From Batkoa obscura (taxonomy: Eukaryota), in assembly GCA_030770535.1 (NCBI GenBank), contig JASVEC010000027.1, positions 558,001 to 622,000 of the forward strand: a stretch of DNA of 64,000 bases, read 5' to 3'. Below are positions 54,510-64,000 of this stretch, one piece after another. The notes under the pieces are model-generated. The model was not told where the DNA came from, did not search any database, and was given only the letters and a program-made list of their open reading frames with translations. Numbering within the stretch: position 1 is the stretch's first letter; each line of letters starts with the position of its first letter. Made by a program: the position numbers and the translations under genes.

Positions 54510-55922
54510 TTTAAAATGTGATTTTTGTTAACAAAATAATCTTAAAAAGTGATTAAACACTTAAAATTCTAAAAAAATCTTATTTGGAAGTATCCCTCCT
54601 AAATAAGCCAATAAAATCAAAAAAAAGTTCTACCCTAGTTGCATATTGATAAACCCAAAATTTTAAACAACGTAGACTTAATTAAATTGCCTGAAAATCT
54701 AATCCCATGTGACTCCTGTTTTCCGGTAATTTCATAAAGTGTTGTGTCTAACTATAATAAAAGCTGATATAATACATTAGTGGTACATCTTAAAATTTTG
54801 AAGTGTATCACTTATATTAGTAAACTATATATTTTTATATTTTAATAGCTGACGCTTTTAATATATTTAATTAGTACAATATCCTTTAGGCTTATGATTT
54901 TGTGCTTAATTTGTTTCTTATTATTTATTATTTTTATTATTGATACTTTAAATATTATATAAAATTTTAGCATTACTAATCAAAATCATTGTAAGTTATA
55001 GTTGAGTATTTCAAGTTATATTGTAAGCCAGTGTTATTACTTAAAGTTTTCAATTAATAAACTAAATAGATAACTATTATCAAAATAAATCCATCAAAAC
55101 GATATGCTTGTTTTAACTTTAAAACATATTATTTAAACCAAAGTTTTATTTTTAGAAACTGTAAAAAGAAGAATCTTATAGAATTTTAGTGTCCAGGGTT
55201 ATTTTGACAGAAATGCCACTTTTTATAACAATCCTGAAAAGTTAAATATTCTTATTCAATGATTATTCTAATCTTTATCTTGCACTTTGATCTAAAACCC
55301 AATCTAGCACTATATAGACAAATTTATATTCCACTATAAAACCTAAAGTTTATGTAAGAAGTATAAATATTGACGCTCAGAGTTTCTCATTTCAAAAAGT
55401 AAATGAACTATAATGATGGGAAGTTTACTTTAGAGATTTGAGATTAGTAATACAATAAACTATGACATAAGCTTCATACTTGATTTTACTATATTGCCTA
55501 AGCAATAAGTTTTGCTACTGATCTACATATTTTTATATTATTTCAATAGCTATATAAAAAAAGGCTAGTCTTATTGCTATTTATCATTTCTAAAGACCGG
55601 AAATAAAATATTATTGCCCCTTCTTACATTTCAATCACTTCCTTGCTCCTTTAATCATAACTCCCAATTAACACTCGTTACTCAGTTTTTAAAAGCAAAA
55701 CGTAATTGAGAACCTAGATGACCTTTAAAAATTGTAGATGGGTGTTATCATCGTCTAATTTAACAGTAATTTATTTTATAGAAATGATATACACTAAGCT
55801 TTTCTTGTGAAAATAGGATTATGGTTCAATCTAAGAGAAAAGGAATGTTTTTTTAGCGAAACAATTTCATTATTTCAAAAACCAACCCCTTTCTTTACCA
55901 TTAACACTATCTTAAAGTGCTA

Positions 55923-57347
55923 ATAAAGTTCGAGCAAATATCTGACATTCTATTAGAGGAGATATTTGAGCAATTACGTCCATTCGAGTTATTTAGTCTA
56001 TTTTTTTAAGCAAACACTTATTTAATATTGCATATAAAGCTATCAAATACAACTCAACATATTCAATTTATGATAAACATTAATTCGAAGGATATTCTAG
56101 TTTTTCCAAATCCAAAATAAAAAGATACAACGTTTATCGAGGAAAGTTTATTAGATAAAAGGGAATGCTGATGAAGCATATAAGCATAAAGGAAGATAGT
56201 AAGACTATTGGATATTTAAGCTATTGTCTAAACATCAAATCTATATTCTATGGAAATTATACTAAATATACTTGTAATGATGATGAGAATAAAACGAATA
56301 TTAAATTAACAAAATTGAGAAATCTGAAGTCGGACTGTCCCAGCTATGCATGACCATCAGAAATATTTAATCGTTACTTAAATTAAATCGAGATATTAGA
56401 ATATAGGGAGTGCTATATCACAATCAAAGAAATTGCCAGTTATCTAGATCTAAGTAAGTTGAAGCCGTTGAAAATGATATCATGGGGGCATGGATCTCAG
56501 TGAACTAGTACTATTAAAACAAGGTTTAATGAATTGAAAGAATTACAATCAGAAGCTTCAAGCTATTTTGAATCCACTAGAGTTAATTCTAGCACAAACT
56601 TTGCTTTCAATTTGAAATTAGAAATTGAAGCAAATCTTGATTATGACGTTGTCAAATGCTCTGGCGATTTAAATAAATTAAACAGTGTAAAGTTAATAAA
56701 CTCTTCTGAGGAACCTCCTAGTTATGAATATAATAATTTGGGGATCCTTGAAGACATTAATATAGTTGCTTGTGATTACCTTACTCTAAGCTGTTCAATT
56801 AAAGAAAAAAAATAAGCCTGTCGACCTTGAGAGAAATACATCCTAACAATCTAACAGAAGGGTTATTAAGCGCAACTTCTTTGATACCAGATGTTGAACC
56901 CATTTATTTTGATAAGTTAGAGTTCGATTTGGTGAGTTATTTGATATTGAATCAGTAACTAATAAAAACCAAGCGTTTAACTGTTATGACGCGTTTAATA
57001 AATATCCAACATACAGTAAATACCCAAAAAATAGCAATAATATTTACAGTGAAAAACAAGAGACTTATCATAAAGAAAAATATAACTCAATTGAATGTAA
57101 GTCTATAAAACATATTGAAATTGATCATATTTATGTTTCAATCGAATGTTTTATTTGTTTTTTATACCTTTTCCCAAACCTCGAAGCATTAGTTATAAAG
57201 ATATTAGAGCTTATGGAGGTAGTTAGAGAAATGGGCTATAGGTTTACTACTCCTTTGTCCTTTATTACGCCTGTTCCACCTGATGGAGACCAATGTTTTT
57301 ATAAGGAATTGGAAGAAATCCCGATGCTGACTTGGATGAAGTTATAA
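55923..57347 (+). pseudogene. Degraded F-box-like/LRR-like gene (paralogue of 34013-35018)
   Basis: IKFEQISDILLEEIFEQLRPFE..IKYNSTYS (ATA in place of ATG), several stops and frameshifts, FLYLFPNLEALVIK near the 3' end; the track ORFs 56165 and 56534 are fragments of it. Confidence 0.7.
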
Positions 57348-57886
57348 AAAGCCATTAAAATAAACTCCTTAAGCCTTATTTAAAATTTGATATTCAATTT
57401 ACTAGTTATCTATTTGTTATATATTTAAAGCATAGTTTTATTAACAAACAATTCTAATAAGATTTTATAACTCATGGTTTTATTACAATTGGAAAATATA
57501 ATGAAAGAGTTATTAATTAGTACTGCTTGCATTTGGTAGAGCGACTTCTAGTTTCCATTATTTCTATTTTATTTCAGAAGGTAAAAATTTAAGCATAAGA
57601 TTTTTTCAAAATTAATTCACGCTTTGCAAGCCAAATACTAAATTTTATTATAGAACGAGATATAATTAATTACAGTCACTGTATCATCGTTTTACTAGTA
57701 GTCTTTTTGTACCAATAATACAGCTTTGCTTCTAAAATCAATATTATAACAGTAAACTAAACAAATGCTATTTTAAACCAAATATTTAAAAATTGATTAA
57801 TTCATTTTATAGCAATTTTTCAATCAAAATCTGGAACTTGAATTTACAAAACTCAATTGAAAATTTTGACGCAATCACTTTTTAAG

Positions 57887-59324
57887 ATGCTATTCAAATC
57901 AATTCAACAAAGTTTATTAATAGCTTTGATAATAAGGATAGTGCTGTTAGTATATGGAGAGTATATGGATAAGATATCATTAATAAAATACACAGATATA
58001 GATTATGAAGTATTTACAGATGCAGCAAGGTTTGTAACTCAAGGTAAAAGTCCATATTTAAGAAGTACCTATAGATATACACCATTATTAGCGTTTTTAT
58101 TGACACCAAATATTTATTTGTTCAAGTCATTTGGTAAAGTATTGTTTGTAATCGGAGATCTACTATCAGGTTATTTTATGTATGAGATTTTAAAATTAAG
58201 AAAAGTAGAAACAAAATCGAATATTAAAATCGTAAGTTTATTTTGGTTATATAACCCGATCGTAGCCAATATATCAACGAGAGGTAATGCAGAATCACTG
58301 TTGATTTGTATAATATTGGCGTTTGTATTTGCCTTTTTAAAAAATCGTTTCTTTTTGGGTTCTATCTTATATGGTTTAGCTGTGCATTTCAAAATTTATC
58401 CAATCATTTATTCAATTCCGTTATTGTATTTTTTAAATGATCATTATCCAAAACAAAGGAATTATTTAAAAAGGTTGGGTAAACGACCAACAATCAATCC
58501 AAGTCAACCTAGCTCAGGTGTTAGTTTAATCAAGGGTATAACAACATGGATAGAATCCTTCGTTAACAATAGCATTCCGAATCTCTCGCATTTTTTTACA
58601 AAAACTAGATTTTTATTTTTCATTTATTCAGGAGCTACTTTTTTAATATTGAATTTAGTATTCTATTTTATTTATTATGATGAATTTATTGAGCATACTT
58701 TCTTATATCACATAACCCGAAAAGATCATCGACACAATTTTTCTTTTTGGTTTCTACCAATTTATTTGGGTTCACAATCTAACTATATACCAACAAATAT
58801 AATAGCCTTATGTTCGTTCTTACCTCAATTTTTAGTCACCATTTACTTGGGATTTTTATATTCTAAAGACTTATTTTTTGCTATTTTTTTACAAACCATT
58901 TCGTTTGTTGCTTTTAATAAAGTTTGTACTTCCCAGGTAATTTATTTCATTAAAACCCAATCCTTTTTTTTATAATGTTTTTAGTACTTTATGTGGTATT
59001 TAGGTCTTCTCCCTTTAGTTTTACCAAGTACAAGGATGCCATTTTTTAGTCAAGGGATCAAAGTAACATTGTTATGGGTCTTATCGCAGGTAATTAAAAA
59101 TAATAGTATTAAAATAGGAAACTGACAAGGATTAGGTCTTATGGCTTTTACCAGCATATTATTTAGAATTTGAAGCTAAAAATACCTTTATATTTTTATT
59201 TTTTGCATCCATCTTTATGTTGTTTTGTAATGTCTATATATTGGTACAGTTCATTAGATTTCATAATTATATGCCGCTTTTCATCCAGGGGCAGATTACT
59301 TCAGTTGCATTAAAAGAAGAATAA
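57887..59324 (+). CDS. GPI14: GPI mannosyltransferase I (PIG-M/Gpi14); 3 exons
   Basis: KYTDIDY.VFTDAA, SPY.R.TYRYTPLLA, ISTRGNAES, VHFKIYP, R.DHRHNFS, FNKVCTSQ|YFMWY. Confidence 0.95.
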
Positions 59325-60876
59325 AATAAAATAAAATGTATATGACCGAGTTTATTTGTTTAAGGATTTATCTGATAATTTGGCTGAACTTTAACCTTCT
59401 TAAAAGGCGGGAAAAAATCAAAACGGAAAAGATATCTCTATGCACCACTTTTTCAACCGTTTATATCGTCGAAGGTAATTATTTTTGTTTGCCCTTGTAG
59501 AATTTTAATAAGGTGATTATTGTTTAATAAACGATTCAAGCATCGTCATTATCTTTTTTTAAATATTTTGTACCACTAGAGCAGGTGGTCTATCAAATAA
59601 GAAACCATAGTTTATCTTGAAACAATGCTAATTTTATGTTATATATTATCTGAATGTTAATTAAAAAACGTAAATAATTGCTATGCATTCAAACTATTAG
59701 TTAAAAAGTAAAAGATTTTAAGTAATTTACGATGTTTATTGAAAATAATAACCGAAAGTTAATTTTTCATATTAAGATATTAGCTTTTTTAATGAACTTT
59801 TATAAAATATAATACGCTGAGAAATATAAAGAATTAAAAAAATTAATATTTTATTTTTCCAGGTGACAGAATATAAGAAAATAACTAAGTGGCAAATAAT
59901 ATTCCATTTCTGAGTACTTTTGAGCAATTTTGATCAAAAAAATTAATTTTAATTATACATAACTAAATTGAATACTAGGCTACTATAAAAATATATAAGA
60001 GTACAATGTTCCTTAATTTATCATTAACAATACACTTAACATTGGATTAGTATTTATGGTAGGATAAAATTATAGTCTTTTTTAAATGATATATTTAAAG
60101 TTATATCAAAAACTATTATTTTATTTTTATAGTCCATTTAATAACAGTTTTGTTATATAGCATAAAAAACATTATGAGTTCTATAAAGAATAATTGTCAT
60201 AAATGAATTCAAATAATTCAAGCTACATTAGCCATCTTCGCTTTTAATTCCCAATATTTTTATTTCAATCGTTTAGTGGTGTTCTCTTCCATGATAAATC
60301 ATTTTGATTAACTCTTTAAATCATAATAACTAAAAGTATTCTGAATTTTAAGTTTAACTTAAAATGATTTAAGCTCAAAACTTCTCATATTTTAAAATAC
60401 CAGTGCAGTCATGTCTAACTTCCTACATTATAAAGCTTACTCAAAGTACTTATAACAGTTACTTATGATTAGATATTAATAATCTCAGCTCATAGTTTCA
60501 AGAAATGAGAGAAGATATAAACTAATTTAGTCTCAATCTAACTGTTTGTTAGTACCCCGCAGAATCAGAGTTTTATTCTATTTTATGATTTTATTACAAC
60601 ATCATCTCATTGAAATACAATAAAATTGGGTTATAAAGGAGTCTATTACAAAATCTTAGTTAAGTTTAGATAAATTTATACTAATTAGAACAACTAAAAA
60701 AGTGAATTAATAGGATATCGAATGAGTATTTAAATACAACCCTTATATTGGTTCGTATTTTAAGAACTTCAAAATTTAAAAATAGCCCCAGGTTTCAACC
60801 TAAAGCTCAGTTTTGAAAAGTATAAATAGCTACTATCCTCTTATTTATTACTTTACCTTTTAATATTAATTTCAAA

Positions 60877-61443
60877 ATGCGTTTCAACTCCATTCAATTT
60901 TATAGTTATCTTATACTTTTTATCTGCCTTTGCTCTATTTCAATAAATGCTGCCCCAGCTGATGATAATAGTAAAGATGCGAACAATAACTCTGATGAAG
61001 AACCAGGAGCCAACGTCATATTCGGACAATGTGTAGACAAATGTGACCCTAGAGACACATCATGCAAGGCTAAATGCTCTGGCTCCTCAGATTTAGCTGC
61101 TGGTGGTATTAAAGATACAAACAACTGTGTTGCAGCTTGCTATACAAATAAAGATTTTTTTGGTGATTCCACCAAAACAAGTCAATGTGTAAAAAATTGC
61201 AGTGCAGGTACTCCTCAAGTCAATGGTAATTCCGCTAATGGTAACCCATCTAACGGTAGCTCTGCCTCTGATTCTGCCTCTGATTCTGCCTCTAGTTCTG
61301 CCTCTGGTACCGGAGATAAAAGTAAGGCTACTCAGTCAAAAGCTTCTCCAACATCTGGAGCATTGTTTAAAATGGCTTTTACACCAAATACTTATGCGTT
61401 ATACGCAATCTCCAGTCTATCTCTTTTTTATTTAACTGTATAA
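60877..61443 (+). CDS. Secreted, probably GPI-anchored Cys-rich/Ser-rich cell-surface protein
   Basis: Signal peptide, four CX3C motifs, Ser/Ala-rich stalk, hydrophobic C-terminal tail; TATAAA at ~60821. Confidence 0.8.
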   Translation: MRFNSIQFYSYLILFICLCSISINAAPADDNSKDANNNSDEEPGANVIFGQCVDKCDPRDTSCKAKCSGSSDLAAGGIKDTNNCVAACYTNKDFFGDSTKTSQCVKNCSAGTPQVNGNSANGNPSNGSSASDSASDSASSSASGTGDKSKATQSKASPTSGALFKMAFTPNTYALYAISSLSLFYLTV

Positions 61444-61617
61444 TTTTTTGGTAATTTTTAAATGAACAATAAATAATATTTTTTTTAAATCAAGCTTTTA
61501 TTAAACTACATTCTGAATATAAGTAAAAATATACTTTCAATAGTTATAGAAACTATTACAAAGGTTGTAATTTAATAGGTTGCTAGTTGGGTTATAATCC
61601 TACTTTAGCATGTAGTT

Positions 61618-61713
61618 GGGGATGTATTTTTTTGTTTAAGAATTTTACTGATAGCTTTTCCGCTCAAATAGTGCTTAAAAAAAGGAAAAAGTAATGAAAT
61701 CAAAAACACCTCC
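61618..61713 (-). mobile_element. MITE copy 11
   Basis: GGGGATGTATTTT...AACACCTCC; non-palindromic target duplication AGTT/AGTT. Confidence 0.9.
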
Positions 61714-62437
61714 AGTTATTATTACTTAAAAATCTAAGCTTGTTATACTTATTTTTAAAACTTACAACTTTGCTTTCAAAGCTATTGCTTATATAAATAT
61801 ATATTCTTTATCATAGCTAGAAATGATTAGTTATCATTTTTAAATAAGACATACTTAGTAAACAAGTGTTAACATACATAGCGCAAAGTAGAAAAATATA
61901 TATATAAACCATCTCTTATGAGCAAATAGTATTACGAACATTTTAAAGCATTCGAATACTGTAGTAAAATTCATAAGAGATTTAGAAATTGTGTTTGTGG
62001 TTGTGGCCAAAATAACTTTATTAAAGATTATGTCAAAGCCTCAAATGTAAATTAGTAAACGTCGTATCTTTAATTTGCTTACCTCAAAAGCAACTTTTAA
62101 ATTCCCTGAAACAGCTAATCAGGTTACTAAATACTCCCTTTGGTTTATTGAGTATTTCCGTAAAAGCCTTTTATTTGGTAAAAATGAGAAAATTATTGGT
62201 TACAAAAGTAACTTTATTTTTAAATTATTCAACAAAGAATTATTTTTGGGGCTTGGCTAGCTGGTAAACTGTTTGGGTGTGTCAAGTTTTAGCAAACCTG
62301 AAGATTTTAGCTAATAAACACTAGTTCAAAAAAAGTAAGTTACATGTAGCGAAATGAAACCTTCCAAAGTTTGTGGAATGGCAAACTTATATTAATAAAT
62401 TAATTATGCTGTCTTCATAACTAATAAAGGTGTATAT

Positions 62438-62536
62438 GGGGATGTATTTTTGTGTTTAAGAATTTTACTAACAATCTTTCCGCTCAAATAGCGCTTAAAG
62501 GATAGAAAAAATAATGAAGCCAAAAAAGACACCCCT
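62438..62536 (-). mobile_element. MITE copy 12
   Basis: GGGGATGTATTTTTG...GACACCCCT; target duplication ATAT/ATAT. Confidence 0.85.
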
Positions 62537-63120
62537 ATATATTTATTGCATTTCGAGTTTAATTGCTTTCATAAATTTAGATTGGCTTTACTTCGGTTTT
62601 TATTGGTTGCTTTTTTTTGAGTAGGTGTTTATTGGCCAAAACCAATCAAGTTTACTGGAATTTGGCCCAGTAAAGTTTGTTAGCTGGCCAAGTTCTTATT
62701 TTCGATTAAAAATTACTGCATTTTCGCAAAGGGTTGGATATATGACAGTTCTAAATTTGCTCAAACTATGAGAATTTTTGAACAATGATTGTTATAAAAC
62801 TAAGCAGAACTAAAAATCCGGCTGTAAAAACTAAAGGCAACTACAATCAAACCAAATAAAATTTATATAGTTTAGTTTCAGACATTAACCTTTTTTTTCT
62901 CATATTAAATAGTACTTTGGTAGTTTGCTTTATTGTTTGTATTTAATTTCGGTTAAAATAAATGTTGAAAAAGTGATCTTTACCTTGAGTAATTTTAGAA
63001 GTATCGTATATTCAGGTTGTTATATAGATACTGTTTTAAATTGGAAGCAGGAATTCTTAAGAAAAAACTCTACCTGATCAGAACTTATTTTACATGCCTC
63101 AGATCCATTATATTGCATAT

Positions 63121-63208
63121 GGGGATATCTTTTTTTATTTCATTTATTTGCTTATTTTTTAAACGCTATTGAGTGGAAAAATTGTTGGTAGGATTTTTAC
63201 ATAAAGAA
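63121..63208 (+). mobile_element. MITE copy 13 (old; right end lost)
   Basis: ATAT|GGGGATATCTTTTTT..AACGCTATTGAGTGGAAAAATTGTTGGTA; no CATCCCC end. Confidence 0.6.
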
Positions 63209-64000
63209 ATGGCCATGTGTCGCTTTTAGGTCATTAACTTAGTTTTTTAGTTTATTATTTAAAATTATAACCCCTAACCTCCCAATCAAACCTTAGTCAT
63301 TAATTTTTAATCAAAAATTCAATATTATAATGTTTGACATCCTTTACTGAGGCTTAATTTTGTTATTAATATGTAGGAGGCTATAAATGCCATAAAAAAT
63401 GTTACTTTTAGAAGAAATTTTAAATAATACATTTATCTACTTTACTTAACTTCTTTCATTTTTTATTCTTAACATCTTCACTCATTTCAATGGTTTCGCC
63501 CTTCATGATAGATCATTTGAGTAAAGTTTCTTACAATAACTCAAAGTTATTCCAAAATTAAAGGTTTGATTTGGGGCAGCTTAAATTCTAAAGTTTCTCA
63601 AGCTTTTAACTATGAGAAACATGGTTCTATTTAATTCCTAATATTACAATTTCACTTGAAATAGTCAAGCCTTTACTTTTAATAAAACAACTAGCAGCTA
63701 TAGTTAATAGTTTAAAAACAGAAGACATAGAGATTGATTAAGTTTGATCTCACTCAGCCTGTTTATCAGTGCCCCACATAATCAAATTTTGTTCTATTTT
63801 ATCCCCTTTTTTACAGCAAACTTATCGAAATATGACCGAAATTGAATTAATAAGGGAGCCTATTCTTACAAAATTCAATTTGTAAACCCAAATAAATCTA
63901 CATTAATTAGAATAGTTAAAAATGTAATAAAAAAGGCTATTGAACGGTCATTTGAATCAAACATTTATTAATGTATGCCTATTTTAAGAATTTTTAGAGT

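Overview
Eukaryotic, very AT-rich DNA with many short (~40-60 nt) GT-AG introns. The gene set (group III hybrid histidine kinase, SreA-type GATA factor, Rsp5, Crm1, Sgt2, plus animal-like ROCK/DMPK-type kinase, LRRC40 and FAM32A homologues) points to an early-diverging fungus; the lineage call is inference. About 20 protein genes, one tRNA-Glu(TTC) and two related degraded F-box-like pseudogenes are supported. The ORF track misses four main things. (1) A dispersed ~97-bp MITE family with 13 copies, GGGGATG...CATCCCC termini and 4-bp A-N-N-T target duplications, which fits the Sola superfamily best. (2) A five-exon REC114-like meiotic gene with a TQ cluster, split into two 'hypothetical' ORFs in the track. 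(3) An F-box protein with a degenerate Sec7 domain (FBXO8-like). (4) A ROCK-like kinase without PH/C1 domains. Splice models were read by eye and boundaries may be off by a few bases.
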